A DNA stretch of 32,000 nucleotides from Pelagirhabdus alkalitolerans (GCF_900096905.1 NZ_FMYI01000012.1:15180-47179), one strand, 5' to 3'. Counted from the first letter of the stretch, positions 6,710-14,929 are shown. Made by a program: numbers and translations. Notes: generated by a model from the letters alone, not told the origin.

Positions 6710-7633
6710 ATGCAAAACAATCGTGAATTAACAATGGAATCGATGCATCATTTATTTAATCAAGCACAACTATCATTGTTTCTAGTGAATCTTGATGGAT
6801 CCATTCTAAAGAAATATGGTTATGCACAGTTTCAGCTTGAGGCTGAATTAAACTCCATTTATCAAATTGTTGATAATCATTCGAAAAATCGATTAGAAAA
6901 AATATTGAAGGATGAGAAGAAAGAAGGAACGACAGATATTTATCTGTTAAGTTCAACGCACCCAGCTGCTTTTTTTCTAACGTATGTAAAAGAACAAGAT
7001 TTAGTCTGGCTTTTTATTCTACCGTATCCGCCAGAATATTCTCAAATGGTATCTAATATGCTTGATGCTAATGCAGAGTTGACTAAACTGTATGAGCAAA
7101 AAATTCAACTTGAATATGAGCTTAAACATCATATGAAAGAGCTAGAGAAATTAAGTATTACAGATCCTTTAACTGGTTTGTACAATCGTCAATATTTTTA
7201 TGATTATGTCAATGAGAAACTTGAGTCTAGAGATAGTTGGCAAATGTTATCGTTAGTGATGATTGACTTTAATGATTTCAAGAAGGTCAATGATCAATAT
7301 GGTCACAAAACGGGTGACTATTTATTAAAAGAGTTCGCTCACATTATACAATCACAATGTGACATGGCGTTTCGTTTTGGTGGCGATGAGTTTGTAGTGG
7401 TATCAGTTGATCTGTCGCACGATGTGATTAAAAAACGTCTTGATCATATAAATCGATTGTTTTCTCAAAAAACAGAAATTGTTTCATTGTCATACGGCAT
7501 TAGTTCTATTTCTAAGGATAAAGCCGGTCAGATTGGTACTAATCAAGATATTGATCATTATTTAAGATTAGCAGATCAAGCGATGTATCGTTATAAACAA
7601 GCATATAAAAATAACTCGAAAGAAATGGATTAA
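6710..7633 (+). CDS. Diguanylate cyclase (PAS-like N-terminal domain, coiled linker, GGDEF)
   Basis: LTGLYNRQYF, DFNDFKKVNDQYGH and RFGGDEFVVV. There is no RxxD I-site (SQCD occupies that position). The ORF track starts at TTG 6695; ATG 6710 has better spacing from GGGGG. Confidence 0.85.
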   Translation: MQNNRELTMESMHHLFNQAQLSLFLVNLDGSILKKYGYAQFQLEAELNSIYQIVDNHSKNRLEKILKDEKKEGTTDIYLLSSTHPAAFFLTYVKEQDLVWLFILPYPPEYSQMVSNMLDANAELTKLYEQKIQLEYELKHHMKELEKLSITDPLTGLYNRQYFYDYVNEKLESRDSWQMLSLVMIDFNDFKKVNDQYGHKTGDYLLKEFAHIIQSQCDMAFRFGGDEFVVVSVDLSHDVIKKRLDHINRLFSQKTEIVSLSYGISSISKDKAGQIGTNQDIDHYLRLADQAMYRYKQAYKNNSKEMD

Positions 7634-7654
7634 ATAATTTTCATGTGAAGCCTT

Positions 7655-7679
7655 TAAAATATTTTTCTAAAGCCGATAT
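7655..7679 (+). promoter_or_regulatory. SigmaD-type promoter candidate for flaG-fliD-fliS-fliT
   Basis: GCCGATAT (7672-7679) is a perfect match to the sigmaD -10 element. TAAA at 7655-7658 is a possible -35, but the 13-nt spacer is shorter than the roughly 15-nt consensus I recall. Confidence 0.5.
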
Positions 7680-7717
7680 AAGAACTAAATGGAGAATATA
7701 GAGGAGTTGGCAATGTT

Positions 7718-8101
7718 ATGGATGTAAACAACGTTATGTCTCAAGGAGCATTTTCAAGTCGGTCTACACAAGAGCGTTCAACTGTAGTACCAGATAGAAG
7801 TGCATCACATGTTCAACCAACGACCCAACCAACAAGAGAAGCAGAACAACATAGCCACTCAAGTGATTTAAATGATCGAAGAGCTGATATAGAAAGTATG
7901 GTTGATGGTCTTAATGAATTCTTAGAACCTGTTCGTACATCGATCAAATTTGAAATGCATGACAAACTTGAGCGTTACTATGTAAAAGTGGTCGATTCAC
8001 AAACAGAAGAACTTATTAGAGAAATTCCGCCTGAAGACATGTTGGATATGTATGCAGCAATGGCTGAATTTATGGGTTTTATTGTAGATGAAAAAATTTA
8101 A
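7718..8101 (+). CDS. flaG: Flagellar protein FlaG
   Basis: The C-terminal region (KFEMHDKLERYYVKVVDSQTEELIREIPPEDMLDM) is typical of FlaG, and the gene sits immediately upstream of fliD. Confidence 0.85.
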   Translation: MDVNNVMSQGAFSSRSTQERSTVVPDRSASHVQPTTQPTREAEQHSHSSDLNDRRADIESMVDGLNEFLEPVRTSIKFEMHDKLERYYVKVVDSQTEELIREIPPEDMLDMYAAMAEFMGFIVDEKI

Positions 8102-8116
8102 GCGAGGTGTTTTAAT

Positions 8117-9625
8117 ATGAGAATTGGCGGTATGGCCTCAGGTATGGATATTGACGGTATCATGGAAGACTTAATGGCAGCTGAACGATTGCCACTTGAT
8201 AAAATGGAACAAGATCGTACGAAAATTGAGTGGGAACAAGATGCCTATCGTGAAGTGAATGCTAAATTTGCAGACTTAGATCAAATGATGCTCGATATGC
8301 GTTTAAGTCGTAACTATAATTCGAAACAAGCAACCACATCAAATGATGCTATCTCAGCAACAGCAAATTCGTCTGCACCTGAAGGTAGTTTTGAACTATC
8401 CGTAGAAACCTTGGCATCGAATGCGGTGTATTCATCACAAGACGAAGATGGTAACGGAACTGGGATCTCAGTAGATAGCAATGATAAAATTGATCCTTCT
8501 AAACCAATTGCCGATCAGTTAGAAAAATTAGGAATTGATGATTTTAATGAAACAATAAAGTTTACTAGTTATCACGAAGGGGAGCCAGATGGAAAAGAGT
8601 ATGAAATTGAAATTTCTGATGAAGATTCTTTAAACGATGTGCTAACAAAAATTACCCGCGGTGATAATGGTGTGAGTGCTTTTTATGATGTGCAAACGGA
8701 TTCTGTTATTATGGAACGCACTGAGGCTGGTGCTTATAATGATGGAGATGAAATCGTATTTGAAGATAACTCCTTTTTTACTGATGTACTTAAATTAAAA
8801 GAATCAAGACCAGGTACTGATGCAGAGTTCACGTATAACGGTGTGGAATTGAGCTCAAAAACAAATTCAACAACACTAAATAACATTGAATATACGTTCA
8901 ACGATGTGACAGATGGTACATTTGTTAACGTAACAAATGATACAGAAGAAACCTTCGATATGATTATGGAGTTTGTCGATAAATATAATGATTTAGTTGA
9001 AGATGTTAATGGTCGATTACGCGAACCTTCTAATCGTGATTACCCCCCTTTAACTGAAGCTCAAAAGAATGATATGTCAGAGCGTGAGATTGAGTTATGG
9101 GAAGAACAAGCTCAAAGTGGATTATTACGGGGTGATTCTATTTTAAGCGGATCATTATCTCAAATGCGCCAAGCTTGGTCATCATCAGTTGATAATGATG
9201 GACCTTACTCACACTTTTCTGAGATTGGTATTATGACGACAGCTAATTATTTAGATGGTGGACGTTTACAGGTTGATGAAGATCAATTACGTGAAGCATT
9301 ATCAGAAGATGCTGATGGTGTTCATCGTCTATTTTCAAATAGTAGTGATGACGAGGGACGAGGTATTATTAATCGCCTGGATGACGTTGTTGATAATACA
9401 AGGTCACGTATTGATAGTCGTGCAGGACGCGCAACTCAACAGCCCCATCAGTACACGCTAGGTAGAGAGATGCGTAATATTGATAATCGAATGGAATCAT
9501 TCCAGCGTCGTTTGCAACAAACCGAAGATCGCTACTGGAATCAATTTAGCGCGATGGAACGCGCCATTTCTGAGATGAATAATCAATATAGCCAAATGAT
9601 GTCACAATTAGGTCAACCAATGTAG
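8117..9625 (+). CDS. fliD: Flagellar filament capping protein FliD
   Basis: N-terminus MRIGGMASGMDIDGIMEDLMAAERLPLDKM, a conserved C-terminal helical region (RYWNQFSAMERAISEMNNQ), and 502 aa in length. Confidence 0.92.
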   Translation: MRIGGMASGMDIDGIMEDLMAAERLPLDKMEQDRTKIEWEQDAYREVNAKFADLDQMMLDMRLSRNYNSKQATTSNDAISATANSSAPEGSFELSVETLASNAVYSSQDEDGNGTGISVDSNDKIDPSKPIADQLEKLGIDDFNETIKFTSYHEGEPDGKEYEIEISDEDSLNDVLTKITRGDNGVSAFYDVQTDSVIMERTEAGAYNDGDEIVFEDNSFFTDVLKLKESRPGTDAEFTYNGVELSSKTNSTTLNNIEYTFNDVTDGTFVNVTNDTEETFDMIMEFVDKYNDLVEDVNGRLREPSNRDYPPLTEAQKNDMSEREIELWEEQAQSGLLRGDSILSGSLSQMRQAWSSSVDNDGPYSHFSEIGIMTTANYLDGGRLQVDEDQLREALSEDADGVHRLFSNSSDDEGRGIINRLDDVVDNTRSRIDSRAGRATQQPHQYTLGREMRNIDNRMESFQRRLQQTEDRYWNQFSAMERAISEMNNQYSQMMSQLGQPM

Positions 9626-9659
9626 TTTGAATGGATAATGGCGAAAGGATGTTTTAAAG

Positions 9660-10058
9660 ATGGTTCAACAACACTATCAAGCTTATAAAAATAACTCAGT
9701 AAATACGGCATCACCAGCGGAATTAACGTTGATGTTATACAATGGATGTTTAAAATTTATAAAACATGCTAAAAAAGGGATTGAAAATAAAGATATTCAA
9801 ATGAAGAATACGAATATCCAAAAAGCTCAAAATATTATTAGCGAATTGATGGTGACATTAGATCAGGATGCTCCGATCGCAAAAGACATGATGCCTCTTT
9901 ATGATTATATTAATCGTCGCCTAATTGACGCGAATGTAAAAAATGATTTGACGATCTTGATGGAAGCATATGGCCTTGTTGAACAGTTCCGTGATACGTG
10001 GAAAGAAGTTGTGAAAAAAACGCGTATGCAAGAATATTCAGAAAGCGCGCGAGCTTAA
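9660..10058 (+). CDS. fliS: Flagellar export chaperone FliS
   Basis: YKNNSVNTASPAELTLMLYNGCLKFIK is a typical FliS N-terminus. Length is 132 aa and the gene follows fliD. Confidence 0.92.
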   Translation: MVQQHYQAYKNNSVNTASPAELTLMLYNGCLKFIKHAKKGIENKDIQMKNTNIQKAQNIISELMVTLDQDAPIAKDMMPLYDYINRRLIDANVKNDLTILMEAYGLVEQFRDTWKEVVKKTRMQEYSESARA

Positions 10059-10059
10059 T

Positions 10060-10413
10060 ATGCGTCCGTTAGATCAATTAAAAACAATAACGGATTCTTT
10101 GGAAAACCTTGTGAATAAACCTGTTTCTTCTAAAGATCGTGATATCGTGATTGAACAAATTCAGGATAAGTTAACCCAACGTCAAAAGGTAATCGATCAG
10201 TTAAAAACACCTCAAACTGATGATGACAAAAAGTTGGGGCAAGACATTTTAAAAAAAGATCGAGTAATTCAAGAAAAGGTTCAGGAGTTACTATTAGATG
10301 TCAAAAAAGATATGAATAAACATAAAAAACATAAAAACACATCAACTAAATATTTGAACCCTTACCAACATGTATCGGTAAAAGATGGATCTTATTGGGA
10401 TAAGAAAAAGTAA
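10060..10413 (+). CDS. fliT: FliT-like flagellar chaperone (called by position and composition)
   Basis: The ATG lies 1 nt after the fliS stop. The protein is 117 aa, helical, and rich in K/D/Q. Its position matches B. subtilis fliT, but sequence conservation in this family is low. Confidence 0.6.
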   Translation: MRPLDQLKTITDSLENLVNKPVSSKDRDIVIEQIQDKLTQRQKVIDQLKTPQTDDDKKLGQDILKKDRVIQEKVQELLLDVKKDMNKHKKHKNTSTKYLNPYQHVSVKDGSYWDKKK

Positions 10414-10415
10414 AC

Positions 10416-10450
10416 AAAAACACCGCGCTTTAAAAAAGCGTGGTGTTTTT
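10416..10450. terminator. Bidirectional intrinsic terminator between fliT and the convergent ABC ATPase gene
   Basis: aaaaacaccgcgctt / aagcgtggtgttttt stem, with an A-tract on one side and a T-tract on the other. Confidence 0.75.
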
Positions 10451-10454
10451 AAAT

Positions 10455-11201
10455 TTAAGCCTCATCATCCAATAGTTGAAGAAAGCTCTTCGTTTGTTGT
10501 TTTTCTGGGTGAACAAGCACTTTTTCAGGACTGCCTTCTTCAATAATATAACCATCATCCATAAATAACACTTTATCTGCAACACGTTTAGCAAAGTTCA
10601 TCTCATGTGTGACAATGATCATCGTTTGGCCTTCATTTGCTAGTTCTTCAATGACTTTTAGCACTTCTCGGACAAGTTGTGGATCAAGTGCTGAGGTAGG
10701 TTCGTCAAACAACATGACATCAGGTTCCATCATTAAAGCACGGGCAATCGCAACACGTTGTTGTTGCCCACCGGATAAAGCATCAGGGAATTTATCCAAA
10801 TGATCGATCATCCCAACTTTATCAAGTAGTGCTTCCCCTTTTTTGATAAGTGTTTCTTTGCTTTCTTTTTTCACGATAAGTGGCGCTTCAATTATATTTT
10901 CGATGACCGTTTTGTGTGGGAACAAGTGAAAGCCTTGAAAGACCATCCCAGAATATTGTCTAAGCTTTAATTTCTCTGTTTTTTTGAGGGGACGTTCGCT
11001 AAACACTTGAGTCGTATCTCCAATTGTGATCGTTCCACTGTTGGGTGTTTCAAGTAAATTTAAACATCTTAATAAGGTTGTTTTTCCGGAACCAGAAGCC
11101 CCGATTAATGCAACGACTTCCCCCTTTTTCACTGAGAAATCAATCGATTCTAAAACCGTTGTTTCATCAAACTTTTTATTTAAATTACTAATTTCAATCA
11201 T
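10455..11201 (-). CDS. Polar amino-acid ABC transporter, ATP-binding protein
   Basis: Walker [10 protein letters not shown], signature [15 protein letters not shown], Walker [22 protein letters not shown]. Resembles the GlnQ/TcyC type. Confidence 0.92.
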   Translation of the reverse strand: MIEISNLNKKFDETTVLESIDFSVKKGEVVALIGASGSGKTTLLRCLNLLETPNSGTITIGDTTQVFSERPLKKTEKLKLRQYSGMVFQGFHLFPHKTVIENIIEAPLIVKKESKETLIKKGEALLDKVGMIDHLDKFPDALSGGQQQRVAIARALMMEPDVMLFDEPTSALDPQLVREVLKVIEELANEGQTMIIVTHEMNFAKRVADKVLFMDDGYIIEEGSPEKVLVHPEKQQTKSFLQLLDDEA

Positions 11202-11220
11202 CTACTCACACCTCCTATTT

Positions 11221-11928
11221 TTAATTGGATATATAGCGATTGTAACGCGCTTCTAATCGTTGCTGGAAATAACCGATAATCACACAGACGATCCAATAAA
11301 TCAGTGCGGCTGCAATATACATTGTCATGCTTTCATACGTTCTACCTGCAACAATACGTGCTGAATATAAAAGTTCGTGAACAGTAATAACCGAAGCGAG
11401 TGATGTCCCTTTAATAATATCCATAAAAATACTAAAAGTAGGTGGTAGAGCAATACGTGTCGCTTGAGGAATAATAATGCGTCTCATCATTTGGAAGTAA
11501 TTCATTTGAAGAGATTCAGCAGCTTCCCATTGTCCTTTAGGCACGGACATAATCGCTGAACGGATAATTTCCGCATTATAGCCTGCAAAGTTCAAACTAA
11601 TCCCAACAATAGCCGCTACAATAGGGCTAGTGAATTGAATGCCAATGACAGGTAACCCGTAATATAAAATAAAGATGAAAACGAGTAAAGGCGTTCCACG
11701 CATAAATGATATATACGCGCGTGCAGGAAAACTTAATAGTTTGAATTTACTCATTCGTGCTATTCCAACAACCAGACCAAATAAAAGAGCGAAAAGCATG
11801 CTGAACAGTGAAATGATCATCGTTATTTGAAGCCCTTCAATCAATAAGGGTAAAGAATCAAGCGCAAGCTCAGGATTAAATAAATGTTCCCAGTGAATTT
11901 GGTTAAACCAATCAAACAAATCGATCAC
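11221..11928 (-). CDS. Polar amino-acid ABC transporter permease (His/Glu/Gln/Arg/opine family)
   Basis: Multiple TM segments and an EAA-like loop (EAAESLQMNYFQMMRRIIIPQA). The start is uncertain: GTG 11928 sits 1 nt after GAAGGG, so TTG 11919 is a plausible alternative. Confidence 0.88.
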   Translation of the reverse strand: MIDLFDWFNQIHWEHLFNPELALDSLPLLIEGLQITMIISLFSMLFALLFGLVVGIARMSKFKLLSFPARAYISFMRGTPLLVFIFILYYGLPVIGIQFTSPIVAAIVGISLNFAGYNAEIIRSAIMSVPKGQWEAAESLQMNYFQMMRRIIIPQATRIALPPTFSIFMDIIKGTSLASVITVHELLYSARIVAGRTYESMTMYIAAALIYWIVCVIIGYFQQRLEARYNRYISN

Positions 11929-12005
11929 ACCCTTCTAAAACAGAATAAAAACTCGACTCATACTAATTTTAAGAATTAGCATGTTTATCTTTCATGCGTA
12001 AAATA

Positions 12006-12041
12006 AAAGGTGATCAATGTATATTACATTGAAACACCTTT
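12006..12041 (-). terminator. Intercistronic hairpin plus U-tract between the binding-protein and permease genes (partial terminator or stabiliser)
   Basis: aaaggtg-a-tcaatgta, loop tat, tacattga-aa-caccttt. On the minus strand it is followed by ttattttac. Confidence 0.5.
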
Positions 12042-12055
12042 ATTTTATTGACTAT

Positions 12056-12964
12056 TTAAAAATCAAATTCAACAACATCGTCTGAATCAATCGGTTCAGA
12101 TGCATCGGCACCTAGAAATTCTTCAGATAGCTCGGCTACTGTACCATCTTCACGTAAAGCGTTAATCGCAACTGACAGTTGTTCAGCTAGTGCGTCATTT
12201 CCTTTTAAAACAGGAATAGCACTTGTTGTTGGGTGATATTTAACTTGATCAGCAACAACTAAGTTATCATCACCGAAATCTTCGATAATTTGAGCAAGAA
12301 CTAAACGGTCATTCAAGTAAGCATCTTGATTACCGTTTAAAATATCACGCAGAATAGCTTCTGTTCCACCATCGTATGCTACACCATCTGCTCCGACATA
12401 TTCACTGAAACGAGCATAATTACTTGTAAGTGATCCAAGTGCAACAGGAACATCTTCAAGATCATATGCATCGTCAAATTGATCAACATCGTCTTCACGT
12501 ACGATAATTGAGCCGTATGAGAATTTATATGGATCAGTAAAAGTAAATGTCTCTAGACGTTCTTCAGTAATAGCGAAATCATTAACAGCTAAATCAATTT
12601 GTCCGTTTCTTAGCGCTGGTAAAATCCCATCAAAATCCATTGTTTCAAATTCAACTTCTAAATCTAAATAATCAGCAATTTCACGTACAAGTTCTACATC
12701 GAAACCTGTTAATTCGTTCTCATCATTAAAGTAAGTGACAGGTGAATACGTACCAGATGTTCCGACAACGAGTGTTCCTTCTTCCTCAATATCGCTCCAT
12801 GAGGAATCTGTACTTTCATCTTCGATTGTTTCATCTTCTGTTTCCTCTGTTTGATCTGTATCTGCATCAGTATCAGCAGGTGATTCATCATTATCTAGTG
12901 TGCACCCAATGACACCAATTAATAGAATACTCATAAATAAAAATAAAGATAGCCATTTTTTCAT
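12056..12964 (-). CDS. Amino-acid ABC transporter substrate-binding lipoprotein with a long acidic linker
   Basis: Signal peptide with lipobox LLIGVIGC, followed by a D/E/T-rich tract of about 40 aa. The body is SBP_bac_3-like (GTSGTYSPVTYFNDENELTGFDVEL). GGGGGAGGAA RBS. Confidence 0.87.
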   Translation of the reverse strand: MKKWLSLFLFMSILLIGVIGCTLDNDESPADTDADTDQTEETEDETIEDESTDSSWSDIEEEGTLVVGTSGTYSPVTYFNDENELTGFDVELVREIADYLDLEVEFETMDFDGILPALRNGQIDLAVNDFAITEERLETFTFTDPYKFSYGSIIVREDDVDQFDDAYDLEDVPVALGSLTSNYARFSEYVGADGVAYDGGTEAILRDILNGNQDAYLNDRLVLAQIIEDFGDDNLVVADQVKYHPTTSAIPVLKGNDALAEQLSVAINALREDGTVAELSEEFLGADASEPIDSDDVVEFDF

Positions 12965-13081
12965 GTTAATTTCCTCCCCCTAATTTAATCCTGACTTTAT
13001 TAATCAGAATAATATGCATTAGGATAGCATGAATTTTATAGTCCGTCAATTGATTAAACAAAAAACAATTATATTTTGTTG

Positions 13082-13115
13082 GTTTATACAGGATTTTTAT
13101 AGGGTAATACAGAAT
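13082..13115 (+). promoter_or_regulatory. Overlapping sigmaB-type and sigmaH-type promoter candidates for hpf
   Basis: SigmaB-like: GTTTAT (13082-13087), 14-nt spacer, GGGTAA (13102-13107). SigmaH-like: AGGATTT (13090-13096), 14-nt spacer, AGAAT (13111-13115). Confidence 0.5.
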
Positions 13116-13142
13116 TATAGATATAGAAAGGAGGACACTTTT

Positions 13143-13706
13143 ATGAAATACAACATACGTGGAGAGAACCTTGAGGTGACTGGAGCGATAAAAAGCTACA
13201 TTGAAAAGAAGGTTAGCAAGTTAGAGCGCTACTTCGAAACACCTCCTACATCAGATGTAAACGTTAATTTAAGTGTCTATAATGATGAACAAGAAATTGA
13301 AGTGACCATCCCGATGCCGAATCTTTTACTTCGGGCAGAGGAGAACCACACTGATTTATACGCTGCTATTGATTTAGTAGTTGATAAATTAGAACGTCAA
13401 ATTAGAAAATATAAAACAAAAATCAATCGAAAGAATCGCCAGAAAGGCGCACCAAAACATATCTTTGCAGAGATGGAAAAAGATTTGTTAGAGGGTGAAG
13501 CTGAACAAGAGCAAGAAGATGATAATGGTTTAGAAGTTGTTCGTACTAAACGATTTGACTTAAAACCAATGGATTCAGAAGAAGCGATCCTACAAATGGA
13601 TATGTTAGGTCACTCGTTTTACGTGTTTACAAATGCGGAAACCGGTGATACAAACGTTGTCTATCGTCGTCACGATGGCAAATATGGCTTAATTGAGCCT
13701 AACTAA
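13143..13706 (+). CDS. hpf: Long-form ribosome hibernation promoting factor (YvyD)
   Basis: MKYNIRGENLEVTGAIKSYIEKKVSKLERYF follows a GGAGGA RBS. The C-terminal dimerisation domain includes RTKRFDLKPMDSEEAILQMDMLGHSFYVF. Length is 187 aa. The ORF-track start at 13029 is an unsupported upstream extension. Confidence 0.93.
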   Translation: MKYNIRGENLEVTGAIKSYIEKKVSKLERYFETPPTSDVNVNLSVYNDEQEIEVTIPMPNLLLRAEENHTDLYAAIDLVVDKLERQIRKYKTKINRKNRQKGAPKHIFAEMEKDLLEGEAEQEQEDDNGLEVVRTKRFDLKPMDSEEAILQMDMLGHSFYVFTNAETGDTNVVYRRHDGKYGLIEPN

Positions 13707-13720
13707 AAGTAATCGATAAA

Positions 13721-13755
13721 AAAAGCTGTTGAGTTTTTATAACTCAACAGCTTTT
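13721..13755. terminator. Bidirectional intrinsic terminator between hpf and the ROK regulator gene
   Basis: aaaagctgttgagtt, loop tttat, aactcaacagctttt. The 15-bp stem is perfect and has A/T tracts on both sides. Confidence 0.8.
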
Positions 13756-13756
13756 A

Positions 13757-14929
13757 TTAATTTTCTCTATTTAACAGGAATGCTTCGATGGTAAAGGCTG
13801 CCATACCAGATACCGTAGAATGAGAGCCTAGCTTTGCGCGCTCAATTGACAAGTCACGTTGATGGAAACCAATCGCATGTTCTTTAATATATCGAAGTAT
13901 AGAAGGGTAAAGCATTTCTTCAGCTTCACTAAGCTGATTTCCAATGACAACATATTCTGGGTTAAAAATGTTAATACAATTTGTTAACCCGATACCAATA
14001 TATGTTCCAATTTCTTCAAACAAATCAATAACTGATTGATTATCTTCCTTTGCTTGCGACATCAACTGTTTTAAGGGCGCTTCTTCATTTTCAGCTATCA
14101 TATCTCGTTTGATCGCTTCATCAATTAATGCTTGAAGTGAGGCATAGCGCTCCCAGCATCCAAGATTACCGCATTGACAAGGTCGTCCATCTTTTTCAAC
14201 GGTCATATGACCGACTTCACCAGCAAACCCATTTAAACCGCTGTATAATTGAGAATCGAGAATCATACCAACACCGATTCCAATGCCTATACTGGCATAG
14301 ATCATATCCCTTTTTACATGTTTTCCACCATAACGCATTTCACCATAAGCACCAGCATTGGCTTCATTTTCTACAAAAACAGGACAGCTAAATTCTGTTT
14401 CAAGTTTTGATTTAAGCTGAATTTTTTTCCATTTTAAATTGGGAGCTAATAAAATTTCACCATCATGTCCGACAACAGCAGGTACGCCAACACCAATACC
14501 AATTAAACCGTATCGACTTTTAGGCGATCGATTGTTCAATCGTTCAATTAGTTTTATTAAAGTAGGGTAAACGGTGTCAAAGTCATTAGCATGTGTTTGG
14601 ATCGTTTCCTGTTCAAGAATATCACCATTTAAATCAGTTAATGCTCCTAATATGTAACCAACGCCTAAATCTATGCTAATTGAATAGCCAGATTTTCCAT
14701 TAAACAAAAGCATAACCGGACGCCTACCACCACTAGATTCTCCAGGTCCCGACTCTTCAACTAATTCTTCATTTATAAGTTCGCTGACAAGCGAGGAAAC
14801 TGTTCCTTTATTTAACCCTGTTAATTGGGCAACACTTGCTCGTGAAATGGGTGTTTGATTAATTATCGTTGATAAAACTAATGTTTTATTTTCTTGTTTG
14901 ACAACATGTTGATTCCAAGTCCGTTTCAT
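13757..14929 (-). CDS. ROK-family transcriptional repressor, XylR-like
   Basis: N-terminal wHTH (ISRASVAQLTGLNKGTVSSLVSELINEELV), a SSGGRRPVML segment, ENEANAGAYGE, and the ROK zinc motif GHMTVEKDGRPCQCGNLGCWE. Confidence 0.87.
   Translation of the reverse strand: MKRTWNQHVVKQENKTLVLSTIINQTPISRASVAQLTGLNKGTVSSLVSELINEELVEESGPGESSGGRRPVMLLFNGKSGYSISIDLGVGYILGALTDLNGDILEQETIQTHANDFDTVYPTLIKLIERLNNRSPKSRYGLIGIGVGVPAVVGHDGEILLAPNLKWKKIQLKSKLETEFSCPVFVENEANAGAYGEMRYGGKHVKRDMIYASIGIGIGVGMILDSQLYSGLNGFAGEVGHMTVEKDGRPCQCGNLGCWERYASLQALIDEAIKRDMIAENEEAPLKQLMSQAKEDNQSVIDLFEEIGTYIGIGLTNCINIFNPEYVVIGNQLSEAEEMLYPSILRYIKEHAIGFHQRDLSIERAKLGSHSTVSGMAAFTIEAFLLNREN

Noticed and set aside
10609-11256. Two plus-strand ORFs antisense to the ABC ATPase gene.
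   Set aside because: These are antisense shadows of a strongly supported gene. The same applies to 5003-5185, 6756-6956, 12709-12891, 14128-14391, 19789-20047, 20516-20812, 23751-23945, 26465-27100 and 28407-28604.
13029-13142. N-terminal 38-codon extension of hpf in the ORF track.
   Set aside because: There is no RBS at 13029. The extension has no counterpart in HPF/YvyD proteins. It would also swallow the sigmaB/sigmaH-like promoter elements and the GGAGGA RBS that precedes ATG 13143.
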